NCBI GenBank assembly: GCA_051294375.1
Contig: CM119271.1
Span: 8,237,788-8,301,787, forward strand
Source of the DNA: Paraspadella gotoi
Taxonomy: Eukaryota; Animalia; Chaetognatha
DNA: 64,000 nucleotides
Reading direction: 5' to 3'
In this document: positions 30,801 to 43,150 of the stretch, one piece after another
Layout of the letters: each line of letters opens with the position of its first letter
Numbering within the stretch: position 1 is the stretch's first letter
The notes under the pieces: generated by a model
Seen by the model: the letters and a program-made list of their open reading frames with translations, nothing else
The model's database searches: none
What the model was told of the DNA's origin: nothing
Position numbers and translations under genes: made by a program

Positions 30801-32259
30801 AAAAAGAATCACCCTTTTGGCCAGGACTGTTCTGAGTTCTGACCAGTAATATTACGACACTATTCGATTTATATTATACGTAGTATGTGGCGGTATATTC
30901 ACATCGCCTCACCCCTAATCGTTTTGTCAGTCCCATTGGCTCACAGGGGGAATGCACCATCCCAGTCTATGCGTTCCATCCACAGTCCTAAAGACTTTCC
31001 TCTTCGTTTGTAAAGCGAGACCGTCCTTGGGTTTCCGCGCCAGTGACGCGATGCGTCGGAAGCCCCCTAAGCAAGTACCTTAGTAAGCAAACAATGCCCC
31101 AACCAAAAGGTCATCACAGGATTCCCAGCTGTTTCCATACGTTTTCTCGTGCGTTATTGCATTTCTTGAAAATATTAACAGAACATCACTAAACCAAATT
31201 TACGTTTTTTTATAAGCATTAAATGTCACGTTTCTTAAAGATCACGTTTTTGGATGAGACATATCATGACCCGAGTTATAAATCCTTCAGTTGTTGTTGT
31301 TATCCATAGCGATACCTAATAGTTCAGGACATAGAATTTCGGAAAACGATTCGGCGTCGGAGAAAAGCTACAAAAGTGGAGGAGTCAGATAACTCTTGCG
31401 TGTGATGCACATAAACTTAGACGCTTAGATGGCTGGAGGCATTAGGTTAAATGTCTATTGACTGTTTTCAGAGAAGAAATTACGATATTTCTACGGTTCG
31501 TTAAACTTAAAAGCAAATTTAAAAAAATTTACGCCCAATGTGGGGCTCGAACCCACGACCCCGGGATTAAGAGTCCCGTGCTCTACCGACTGAGCTAACC
31601 GGGCTACGACGATTATGACGAAAAATTTGAAACAAGTGTTTTAAACGAATATTTTTTGCATTTGTTTCTAATTTCGAGGAATAATATTAACATTGCATTT
31701 GAAAATAAAAGCTCATAGACATAGACGCAGTTTTTTTAAATCTAATTCTTTATTAGTATTTTTTTTTACCATAATTAACCTAAAGTCTCTTAAAGCGTAG
31801 AATTCTTTCGTTTCGTGAATTAATTTCACAAAGAAAATACTTTTCCTTTCGGTGATTACTTTAACAAATTTTAATCAAAAGGAGGGAAGAATTAGAATAA
31901 TCCATTAGAAGAATAGTTTTAAAATTTAATTTCTCTCTCTATTTTTCTCTTCCTCTGTAACTTACGCTATCCCTAACCACATTTATTCTTACCTTTCCAC
32001 TAATATTTCTATCTTAAATCTAGTTAAATATGTTAGTTTAATCCTAAATTAGAGTTATTTTATATAATCTGTTATTATTTATTTATTTGTTATACATTAC
32101 AAAAATGTAACTATTTTCTTCCCCTCTGTCTCTCTATATTCTCACCATTCATTTTCAACCACTTTCCTCTTCTTCTCTCCCCTTACCTTCACCTGTCCTC
32201 AATCTGACCACTGTCCTTTTCACTCTGTGTTGGAAGCTTTATATTTTCTCTCTTTTTCT

Positions 32260-32299
<40 letters not shown>

Positions 32300-33431
32300 C
32301 TCCCCAAACTCAATGTTGAGAGAGAAAACTTGTTAATGAAACAAACGCTGATGAAGCTTAAAGGCAAGAGCCGAAACATGTTCCCAATTTGTGAATATAA
32401 AAATCGTTGTTACAACAACAACAAACTTTGTTTTCTCTAAATAATTAAATACAACGAAAAAGAAAGGAAAATAATATAAAAAGAAGAAAAAATCTTTTCC
32501 TTCTTGTCTAGTCTCTAGAGTAGTTCCGCACTCAATGGGGTGAGTCAAAAATTTAGAGTGAGTACATTCTCAAACAAAAAAATATACATTTTAAGTTTAC
32601 ACTCAATGGACAAAAAAAATTCTCATATGCTCTAATACCCTAGTAATTAATTATTTTAATATTTATTTATAGATAGAAAAGGCCAAAAATTTTTTTTAGA
32701 AATTTTAAATTTTAAGACCAGATTCAAATAGCTCATAAAAAGTTGTCTACACAAAAATATCATTCTTTTTTTTAAATATTTTGTGATAAGTGAGGTCAAA
32801 AATTTAAAAACACGAGCATTCTAACCATCTGAGCCACCGAGCGGACCGACTGACTCACCTCGACTATCCCGAGTGAGGCGAACAGATGCACATGTAACGC
32901 GTGACGGCGATGACGACGAGATTGTAGATTGCTCCACGCCATACAGTGAAGTGCATGAAGGGCGTGGGAGCTGCATTCAAACTGCTGTCAACTCCGTGTC
33001 CGTCGGTTGACGGAGTTGACGATGGTGGTGAAGGTGCCAAGCGTCGACATCAAACACGCCGGCCAAGACCTGAGTAGGAAAAGGAAAGCCGGAGAGTGTG
33101 GGGGAAGAGTTAGGAAAAGATTGATGAGATTAAAAATAGAAACAGGATTTTCTATCCGAGGCGCCCCTGCGAAAAAAAAAAAATTCGAGTTAGAACACAG
33201 CGGTCTTTTTATTTTATCCTGTCTGTGCGTCTGTGGGGAATGTGAGCCGGGTAGGCTCTTGACCTGAACTGGAAAATGGTCCTGAGCGAATTCTCTGTTT
33301 TGCGCGGACGTATCGGACTTTGTCTAATTGTCTCTGTTCTCACTCTCATATTTATTTTTCTATTATTTTCTCCTTTCTTTCTGGCCTCATCTTTTATTTT
33401 CTCTTCCTCTTCTCTCGTCTCTTCTCTCCTC

Positions 33432-33467
<36 letters not shown>

Positions 33468-33791
33468 CCTCTCTCTCTCTCTCTCTCTCTCATCTCTCTC
33501 CTCTCTCTCTCTCTCTCTCCCTCACCATATTAAGTATGAGATAATTGGTCGGAGTGAGAAAAACTTTATTTCTTGCTGAAAGATACAAAACCGACTATTG
33601 ACCGTTTAGCCGATGACGCCGCCGACGCAGACGACGACGAGGATGACGATGGCGACGCCGTGGGCCCAATCGGGCACGTCGTAGTCCGATCGGGCGCTGT
33701 CCGCTCGCCACCACCAGGGGCGGGCGGAGACGTTGGACGGTCCGTCGGACGAGGGAGACGAAGGAGCGAATATGGGCGCGGTCGCGTTCAT
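24068..33791 (-). CDS. Opsin (class A GPCR with TM7 retinal-binding Lys), frameshifted and partly duplicated in this assembly; exons approx. 33791-33526, 33069-32859, 30666-30342, 29857-29588 (better copy 27324-27059), 24251-24068
   Basis: TM1 ...VVCVGGVIG(N) and LTPTNYLILNM; TM3 ...IYNLVVIAVTRYMCIC; TM4/EL2 [22 protein letters not shown]; TM5 FLLPVAVLVFCYSRI; TM6 FLFCWTPYA; TM7 PPIFAKSACVVEPVIF (Lys codon 27197-27199). Exons 1-2 need indel correction, and assignment of the last exon is inferred from phase. Confidence 0.85.
25860..30690. repeat. Local tandem duplication of opsin exons 3-4 and flanking intron (approx. 25860-28150 versus 28190-30690), with a further internal copy at approx. 26500-26850
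   Basis: Near-identical sequence differing mostly by single-base indels, with junctions at N-gaps. Likely uncollapsed reads or haplotypes. Confidence 0.8.
28685..29365 (-). mobile_element. Miniature non-autonomous LTR retrotransposon (TRIM-like): LTR 29365-29120, PBS 29114-29095, PPT 28950-28941, LTR 28938-28685
   Basis: Two ~250-bp direct repeats (TATGGTG...CTCTTCA) flank a 181-bp interior. It starts TAAAA-TGGTGAGCCCGAC (resembles the tRNA-Trp PBS TGGTGACCCCGAC) and ends GGGAGGGGGA-CG. An empty site is seen in the duplicate copy at ~26845. Confidence 0.75.
31532..31604 (-). tRNA. tRNA-Lys(CTT), inside opsin intron 2
   Basis: GCCCGGTTAGCTCAGTCGGTAGAGCACGGGACTCTTAATCCCGGGGTCGTGGGTTCGAGCCCCACATTGGGCG: 73-nt cloverleaf, anticodon CTT, intact A/B boxes, T7 Pol III terminator just downstream. 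Confidence 0.96.
31940..32440 (+). mobile_element. Dispersed ~450-500 bp repeat carrying a hammerhead motif (Penelope-like pLTR fragment); related to 46790-47230
   Basis: Shares CCTTCA(C/GC)CTGTCCTCA..ATCTG(A/G)CCACTGT, a CT tract, the CTGATGA...GAAACATGT core and the downstream ATAAAAAT(C/T)GTTGTTA...TGTTTTCTC with the second copy. Boundaries are approximate. Confidence 0.6.
32348..32383 (+). ncRNA. Hammerhead ribozyme-like motif (minimal type I, degenerate)
   Basis: CTGATGA-AGCTTAAAGGCAAGAGCC-GAAACATGTTC; imperfect stem II; flanks ACAAA/TTTGT can pair. Confidence 0.55.
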
Positions 33792-35937
33792 CGTTTTGGG
33801 GTGTGGAGGGGGAAAGGGGTGGATCGGAGGTGGCGGGGGGTGTTGAAGAGTTCTTTTCCAGAAAGATGGGATGTTGAGTGGCGAAAATCTGTCGGTGAGA
33901 TTCAAGTTGGGAGTGAAAAGTAGGTAGGAAAGGATAAAAATAATCTAAAGACTTCCTGCAGCCTTCGATGTAATTTTTCGCAATGACTCCCATTCTTCAG
34001 CAACGACAGATAAAAAAAAACAAAACAAAAAAACAAAAACGAAAAACAACAAAAGTCTAAGTATTATTCAGTTTCGCGAAGTGAGAGCGAGACAATACTT
34101 TTTTTAAGAGAATGAAAAAGTTTTTCCCGCTTTTTTTTTCATGCGTTAAGGGGATTTCAAAGTGACTGTTTTTTTTTTAGCAAAAGGAAATTGCTTTAAC
34201 GGGTGGGTAAAAGAAAGAGATACCTACGGCTACGATTCGTTTTAACATTTTTTAAACTTTTTTTCTTAGAACTTATAAGTGAAAAAGTGAAGTTTGACAG
34301 AGCAATTTCGCAATGTCAGAGGAGGAAATATAGGGGTGTCAAGTATAAGGAAAAAAAGGTCGGGAAACTTCTCTTTTTTCCAGTTTAGAAAATTGCGACA
34401 CTTCACATGATGGCCCCTTCTTTAAGTTAAATTTACTATTTTGCGTCATAAAAGGTTGTAAAGATCGCTTATGATGTTGTACTCAGAGATAGAAAAGATG
34501 AAGAGCTGACAAGTTTGGCAAGTGGAAACAGGTTTGACAGATTTAATGGCACCGACAACCGATTGAATCGGCGCTCAATGAACGACGTCGACGAAATGGT
34601 CGATAAAAGCTTTTTCGACCGAAGCGTCATGCCAAAGCTTTACAAGACTTAAGTGTTATCACAAGTATAAAAGCTTTGATGACTTGCATAAGTGATTTTA
34701 TAGGTATAAAAGCTTTATCGCCTTAAGTATGTATAAATAAATAAAAAGGCTTTTCTCACATATAGTGCTGTTTAAGGCGACCAAAATGAAAGCTTTATTC
34801 TGGTAGTGATAACACGGATATCAGAGACTCAGATATCATCGAAATAAAAGTTTTAACACTGTTTAAGATATCACAGATATACTACTAAATAATAAAGACA
34901 TTAAGTTCTGTCAGACAACACTAAAATTAGGTTTAATACTCCTTATAATAAATCTATAAAAAGAATACTGCAGGAAATGCCGTAAATTTAAAAGCCAAAG
35001 AATAGACTTGGGAGTTGTTGTACTAATAATCCCAGGTTCAAAAATCCCTTTCTTTCCAATTTACACCCGAGGGCCACAAGACAGTTTACTGTTTCCCAAT
35101 TTTAATTTTTTCACGCTTCTCGTCAAACGTGACCACTTCACGCTTTCCTATATTTATCACATTCACTCGTCAATGCCGGAGGAAAACGTCAGTTATTTCC
35201 ATTTCCTCTGCGCTAAGAACTCCAACGACTTCCGGGGTCATCCTAAACTCGAGCGGAATTTTTAGGGGGAAAAAGATATATCGCTCGTTTGGTTTTCGAG
35301 AAAATAATTTAATTGCGCAAAAGTTAGGCTCACATAAAGAGTTAGAGAGTTTATTTTAAAAAGCGTTTTGTATTGAATATAAAATATCTTTCCAAGGCCT
35401 ATGTCGAGTAGGCATTTCGAGCTTACCCTTCGAATCAAACGAACGACTCTCTCTTTAATTTGGCAATTCCCTGAAGTCAGTATTCTTTTATTAAGTTTTT
35501 AACATTAGTCATTACCTCTTGTCATACCTTATTTTTTGTCACGTTCCGCGCTTTAATAAAAATGTTCTTTTTTAAAAACGGAGCTCTGGGCCGCCGGCGC
35601 CGAGCGAAAAGTAAATGTTTTTACACGGAGCCTTTTGTCCGATCGTAAAATGGAGCTGGATCGACCGTTTATACAATGTTTACGCGAAAAACCAAACTGA
35701 AAAATCATATATATAAAAAAATAAAGAATTTTCAGCCGAGACATTCCATTAATCTCGGATATAGCATTCACTGCCTCTTCATTCGAGATTATTTTTTTTT
35801 TCTTGTATATTTCTATACACTTTAAAAGCTAAATGAAGTAAAGATAATCTTCTTTTTTTTTCGTCAATTAATAAAGTTCTTCCAATTACGTCCAAGAGTT
35901 GGTTTCGTTCCGAAGAGGAAATGATACCAAGACGATA

Positions 35938-35974
<37 letters not shown>

Positions 35975-38648
35975 CTCTCTCTCTCTCTCTCTCTCGCACG
36001 CGCTCTTCGCACGTTCATCCTCGGATTCCGACGCGACGCGACGTCGACCTTCGTCGGAGTTTGTCGCGCGTAGAGGAAAGAGGAAAATTGTCGAATGGAA
36101 TCGGTCTCGCGATGGAACCGACCAAAGTGAGCAGGAGTGGCTCGTGAATAGTTTTAAAATATTTTTAACGTTAATTAGTTTTAATATATTTAAATCCTTT
36201 CGATTGCGTCCAAACTCCAAAGATTCCTCAATCTGTTAAAAGCTTTCAAACGTTCACGCTGTGAAATTCCAACAACGTTAATAATTATGCGTTCATTCAT
36301 TAAATAAGCTGTGTTGCGTCAAGGCCGTCATCTATCTTACGAGATTGGGACCCTGCGGGCCTGCAGGCTTAAAGTAAGGACTCTCTCCCAGTCTAGGTTA
36401 TTAACTCCCGGAGAACTTGGCTTTCCTATTGATTAATAGGCTTTTTGTCTAAAAGCCATATAAAAGGATTTATGAGATTGAGAACGTATTAAAATCCTAC
36501 TCTTAAGATCGTTCACCTTGAAAGACAACTAATTTCTTTCACAACTGTTATCCTTCAGACCTTCACGCTCCATTGGGATTTGAACGTGAGCTGCCATTTG
36601 CGAGACATCAGATAGTTTTACATAGATTCTTACTGTTTAACTTATCTAACCTTCTCAAGAAAGTGCGAATAAATGACAAATCACAAATTTAGGATTTAGA
36701 TTTTGTTTCAGAAACCCAGCATTTATTTTGTCATTTTCAAATTACAAATTTCAAATGAATCTCCAATTGACATTGTAAGCGGATGATATTTTATGATAAT
36801 TGGTCTCTAAAGGTGCGGATATTTCTGGTTTGTGTAGCAAAAAATATTGTGCTGTTCGCAGCAGGTGCTGTGAGCACTCTGTCAACCTTCCTTCTTGATC
36901 ACGGCGAACGAATTCAATCGTCAATGAGAAACAGGTATTATTATTACTCGGGGAAAGGTTAGCCCATTGAGAAAATGTTATTTTCAAAATAATGAATGAC
37001 CGACTACTCCGAAACCTCGGGTCTTAAACTATCCATTTGTCATCTTTATCGTAGTATAATTTATTAATAAGTAGATTATGTAATTAGATTAGGTTGTTTA
37101 CCGAAAGAAATGACTCTCTCTCTCTCTCTTCTCTCTCTCTTCTCTTCTCTCTCTCTCTCTCTCTCCTCTCTCTCTCCCTCCTCTCTCTTCTCTCTCTCTC
37201 TCTCTCAACTGAAGAATCGGCGTCTTATCAATAATTTCAAATCTTGTGAATCTTATTTATTTTTAATATATTTAAATAATTTTGTTTGCCATCGAAGATT
37301 TCTTGATAAATTATGTTTCAAGCTTCCTATATGTATCATTAACGCTGTATCCCTTGATCAACAGCCTATATATAAAAACCGTACGAAAGGATTAATGAGA
37401 TTAAGATCGAATTAATATCCGATTCTTTAAGATCTTCCACTTTAAAAGGACGATGCTTTCCTTTCACATACTTCATCTATCGCGCTCCGCTGCGTTTGAA
37501 ACGTTCGCGCTGTCGTAAGCAAGATGGTTTTAGCATCTGCGAGATTTCCGAGAATCTTGTGCAAACTTTTTGCACAAGATTCTCGAGTGCAAAAAATGAT
37601 TTTTTTTGGTTTTCATTCTTTCTCTAATCAACTTTCGTGTAGAAAAGAGAAAAGTCAAGAGCCTTTCTTGTCTAACCGTCTCAAGAAAGCGCCAATGTAC
37701 TCCCTATATTTTAGGGTGATGGTTGACTGTTGAATGTTTTTTTTTTAAGTTATATTTTTGATACGTATCATTTTTCAAACTTTATGACACCTTAGTAACT
37801 TATTTCTTCTTTTTTTTTCTTCTTTGACTTTTTTGCTACGAATTTAATTTGCCACTTCGGATCGAACGTAACATCTTCTAACTTCCTTTGATTTAGACGA
37901 ACCAATCTCTACGTACTATTCAGATAATAAGTAAAAAAAAGAAAGAACCCTTTTAATATCTATAAAGTAGAAAATCGACAATAACGAGAAATAGTTCGTA
38001 AATACTGTACATCGAAAACTTATCAAATATAAATAATTGTAAACGCGACGGTATTAGCAAATTTGTACAATCAAAATAATGAGCAATCAATTAAAAACGA
38101 TGATCGAATTTGTTTTCAACGACCTTTTGATATTTATAATAGAGAGGTAGTAATAATTACAGGACTTCAACTTATAATTTTTAAATTTATTTCGAGTGTA
38201 GAATTAAGCGGTGAATGAAACGAAAGCCGAAGTTTAAAATATGATACTATTTAAATGTCTATTTATTTTACCAAAAAAAATCGATTTGTTAAAAAAAATA
38301 ACTGGCAAGTTTCGGGTGTTGGGCCTCAGTAGCATTCGTATTTGTATGCATTTTTAAATTTACACGTGGCCCGTATGCATTATATGCACTTTGCAAATTA
38401 TTTCATGATACTACTAAGTTTTTCTGCTGAGAGTTATCTTAAATGATGCATTGTTAGCCATGTTATGAACTTTCAAAATATAAATAATGGAGACCAATGA
38501 ACAGACAGAGAGACCAATCAACTGACCAACCAAATAATTGCTTATAGTGATGCTCCGCGAGTACTCGCTGCGCGACTAAAATTAAAAAGTTTAGTTAATG
38601 CTTTCGATTTATCAGATCTTTCTCTCTAATCTGTAGCATATGCTTAGC

Positions 38649-38709
<61 letters not shown>

Positions 38710-39307
38710 GTAAAATAAAAAACAAAAAACAACTTTGGTAAAACAAACTTTATATAAGTGTATAGCATACATAGATAATTTTTGAACTTTAAATATCGTA
38801 TTCTAGCAACAAAATATTTCAATAATTCACGATCTTATTCTCAAGTTCCGAACGCGTCGGTTATTAATTCAAACTGGTTTAATTTTGCAACTAGCCGAAG
38901 TAATTATCAATTAATGACATAAACTAATCAAACGACTTCCCTCTTAGGAAGCCCGTCATTTTCACTAGATAAACTTGGTTTTAATGAACCGAGCGCTCTT
39001 TATCAAACATTTCCTGATTGGTTTCCGACTTATTTAGTATACATATTGGGCCTGAAGAACGCGATTGTGACAAATGACAATATAAACAATAAAATCAGTA
39101 GCGTAACAGTTTTAGGACAATAATAAACTTTTCTCGTAACAAATCTTCAATAAATCGCTAAATAAATTGACGGAAAAAATGGCCGACGGAGAACGAAATC
39201 CACTTTCGGCGACGACGACGACGACGACGACAACGACGACGACGACGACGTCCACGAGTTGTATCGACGATAGTGGTGACGCATGAAACAGATTTGGTCG
39301 GGGGTTT

Positions 39308-39351
<44 letters not shown>

Positions 39352-40767
39352 GTCTCTCTCTCTCTCTCTCTTGCTATCTATCAATATTCCGCGGAGAAGC
39401 ATATCCTTATTTTTTTTCGCCAGGAAATTGTTTCTTCTTTTTTTTTTGATATAGTATAAACTAGCCATTAGTGCATGACGTATCTCCTTTCTCTCTCTCT
39501 CTCTCTCTCTCTCCTCTCTTCTCCTCTTCTCCTCTCTCTCTCTTCTCTCTCTCTCGTCTCGTCTCTTCTCGTCCTCTCCTCTCTCTCTCCCCTTTTTCGG
39601 CACCCCGCACGCCATTCTCCTCCTCAATCAGGTAAGATTACATATTTTTAACGAAGAAAATAGATCCACTTCTCTCTTTCTCTTACGCTTCACCCCTCCA
39701 CCCTCCCTTTCCCCTCCCCCCTCCGCACTTCAATTATCCCCCTCTGCCCACTTCAAACGGCCACGCGGCCCCGGTCCTTTACCGCCTGCCGACAGGGTCG
39801 AACGATCGCGCCATCTCCACCCACTGCACTGTAGGGCCACGTAGACGCGGCCTCCGTCGTTTACCTCCAAGTGAGGATAGCGGGTGGTGAAAAAAGGCAA
39901 GCTGGTAAAGCGCAGGGCAAAGTCCTCCGAATAAGCTTGTGCGCAGTAGCCCGCGCGCCGCTGCAGGACGCAGCGCAGTTTTTGTTCGCGCCATCTATCT
40001 GTCGTTGTCTGGAAAAACAGAGGGGGGGGGGGGAAAAGGGAGAGAAAAGACGATTTTTAGTTGGGTAAGAAACGTATTCTCATATATAGTATAAGTATAT
40101 ATAATTTATATATTGTGTGAATAAGCTAACCCATGAGATTTTAGATCTATATATATGAAAAGACTTTATTAACAGAAATGACGACTGCAAATTTTGTTCG
40201 AAACAAAAACGCAACCTAATCTTATTAAAAAAGCAAGCCAGGGTGCGCAATTAAAACCTCAAAAAAGCAGCAACACTTTTAAATTTAAAAATATTTTCTT
40301 CCCCTTCTTATTAAATAAATTGCCATCTTTTGAGAAAAACGCGCGTGAAGTTTCCCGGACGTAAAAAAAAAATTCATGAGGGAAAATCAGGGGGGGAAAA
40401 AGAGAAAAGGAAATGATGGGAAGTTTTCGCACTTTACCGTGAAACCAGTTTAGTTCCAGTCAGGGCTTCAAATTAATTTTAGATACGCAATATAATTAAT
40501 TATATTTTTATTTTTATCAACGAAAGGAAAATCTTTTTGTAAGGTTAGGCATATAAGGGCTAGTAAATTGTGTCTAGTGGATGGTTGGTCGAGAATAAAA
40601 AATGGCCGAACAAAATGAGATGAATCCGATTTTATATTGAAATGCAAAAGAAAAGCACGAAAATGGAATCGGAGATTGGCTAATTGTACAAAGTGGCATT
40701 CAATTATCTTTATATATGTGGCGAGGAGAGAGAAGAAACGGNNNNNNNNNNNNNNNNNNNNNNNNNT

Positions 40768-40958
40768 TCAACCCCGCCCCCTTTCCGCCTCCGAGGGTCG
40801 AATCGCCATCTCCACCCACTGCATGTAGGCGTAGACGCCGCCTCCGTCGTACCAGTGAGGATAGCGGGTGGTGAGGCAAGTGTAGCAGCAGTCGCCGCTG
40901 TGCCAGTAGCCGCCGCCGCTCAGCGCAGCGCAGTTGTCGCGCCATCTATCGTCGTTGT
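40768..40958 (-). CDS. Terminal exon of a fibrinogen C-terminal domain (FReD) gene; cleanest of three copies (others approx. 39780-40009 and 50458-50649)
   Basis: After the TTTTCCAG acceptor it reads (D)NDDRWRDNCAALSGGGYWHSGDCCYTCLTTRYPHWYDGGGVYAYMQWVEMAIRPSEAERGRG*. The DND...NCA...GGxW...C...MxIRP pattern is the FReD C-terminus. Confidence 0.8.
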
Positions 40959-42815
40959 CTGGAAAACAGAGGGGGGGGAAAAGGGAGAGAAAAGACGATT
41001 TTAGTGTAAACTATTCTCAATATATATATATAATAATATATATTGTGAAACTACCCATAGATCTATATGAAACTTTATTAACAAACGCTGCCTTTCGAAA
41101 ACGCCACCCTAATCTTTATTAAAAAAGCAACCAGGGTCCATTAAACCTCAACCTTTTAAATTTAAAATATTCTCCCCTTCTATTTAATAAATTCATGAAA
41201 ACGCGCTGAGTTTCCCGGACGTAAAAAAAAATTCATAGAAAATCAGGGGGAGAGAAAAGAATGATGGGAAAGTTTTCGCACTTTACCTGAAACCTTAGTT
41301 CCAGTCAGCTTCATTAATTTTAGAACGCAATATAATTAATTATAATTTTTATTTTTATCAACAAAGAAAATCTATTTGTAAGGTTTGCATATAAGGGCTA
41401 TAATTGTCTTTTCTACTACTACATTCTACGTTTACCATTTATTATTCACCTTTAATCGTTCCATTACAATTTGCAAGGACGCATAAGGTTAATGGTTACG
41501 TAAATACAAACGAATGTGCCAAGTGCCAACCAAAGAAGCTAATACATTTCAATTTAGGCAATTGCGGACTTTTGCCGTTCATCCGGGTTTCGCCATTGTT
41601 GGATTTTGTTGGCAAGAAAGTTTTTTTAAATCCACGAAAAAGAGAAATGATTTACGATTTCATAGTCTTTTTCCCCTTTTTCCCCAAGCGCCTTTAAACC
41701 TTCCGCCGCCGTATTTGATCCGCTTCCTTACCATTTTCGATAAAAAAAATAGATTGACAAATTATTCCTGGATTTCTATACATTCTCGCCTCACTACGTT
41801 GAAGAAAAAAGTTTTTCTTTCATGTGGTCATCCAGTGGTGTGAAAGAGAAAGCCAATAACAGAAAGAGAAAGAGAAAGAGAAAGAGAAAGCCAATGACAG
41901 AAAGAGAAAGAGAAAGAGAAAGCCAATGACAGAAGGGAGCGAGAAAGAAAGATAAATCATTGGGAATTTATTTTTTCTCCATTCGGTACCTGGATTTGCC
42001 GGTTAAATCACGTGACCCGGCGCCAAAGAGGCCGAAGAGAAAAGCCACTTCTATCAAATCTCGTAATTTCCTATTTGCTGTTCGTGCAACAAATCCTCGA
42101 CAGGCACTTAAGGGTCGGTCGATCAGTCCTTTCGTTGATTTACGGGGTCGTTTTGCGTTAATCCGAAAGGGCTCCGTCGGGAAAATATTTGTGCGTTAAA
42201 ACTTTTTTTTTTTATTGAAAATTAGACTAAACTTTAGTAAGTAGGAACCATGCCAGGGCCCAAATATCATCCAAAAAAGTTTTGAAACGCCAGACATCCG
42301 TCGATCAATAATCTTGCTTGTTTATAGACTTTATTTTTCTTCATTGGCTTGAATAAATAGTGAGACTATGGGGTATGAGGATTGAGGAATGTCCCCCCAT
42401 GCTTGCGCCCAGGGATTTGGACATGCAGTGACCAGTTACTGACATGTTACAGACCAGTCACTGACCACCCCATGTAACGTGTTTATGCCGAAACCATCAA
42501 ACTTTAACCAGCGTGACCGTGAGGGGATTGATCCCGGAACTCACGGTTGGTGAAAACTTTTAGTGGCAACCCTATACGACCGCCGCACATTTTTCTATCG
42601 GTGAAGCGTTTCCTTTCCTGATTTTTTTCCTCAGTCAAGTCAATTTTGTTCATATTTCTTTTTTTCTTTTTATTCTCCTTTTCTTTCTCTTTTAAAAGAA
42701 GGACGATGATTTTGAAGAAAAAAAAAACCTTTTATTCATTCGGCTTTTTCGTACTTATAATATATCCCTCGAGGACACGGGCGCCAGCGGGCGATTTGTC
42801 GGCAATGCTCGCCTC

Positions 42816-43150
42816 CAGGGATGTGGAGCGACCTAATTTTGTCTCGCTCCAGCTCCGGCTCCAGCTCCAGGCCAAATTTTTTTTCCGGCTCCAGCTCCGG
42901 CTCCGGCTCCAAGCAAAATTTTTTTTCGGCTCCGGCTCCGGCTCCGGCTCCAGCAAAAATTTCAACTCGGCTCCGGCTCCGGCTCCAACTCCGGCTCCAT
43001 TACTATATATATAATTAAAATATGAGAAATTAAATATTCATAATATATTTTTAAATTATATACTTTTATATTTTGATTATATTTAATATTTATTTTATAT
43101 TATAATATATAATATATTTTAATANNNNNNNNNNNNNNNNNNNNNNNNNG
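42816..43150 (+). mobile_element. hAT-like non-autonomous element with subterminal (GGCTCC)n repeats and 8-bp TSD CTCGCCTC
   Basis: Starts CAGGGATGTGGAGC. CTCGCCTC occurs at 42808-42815 and 43151-43158. The right end is mostly in an N-gap. The element is absent from the duplicate at ~52460. Confidence 0.75.
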
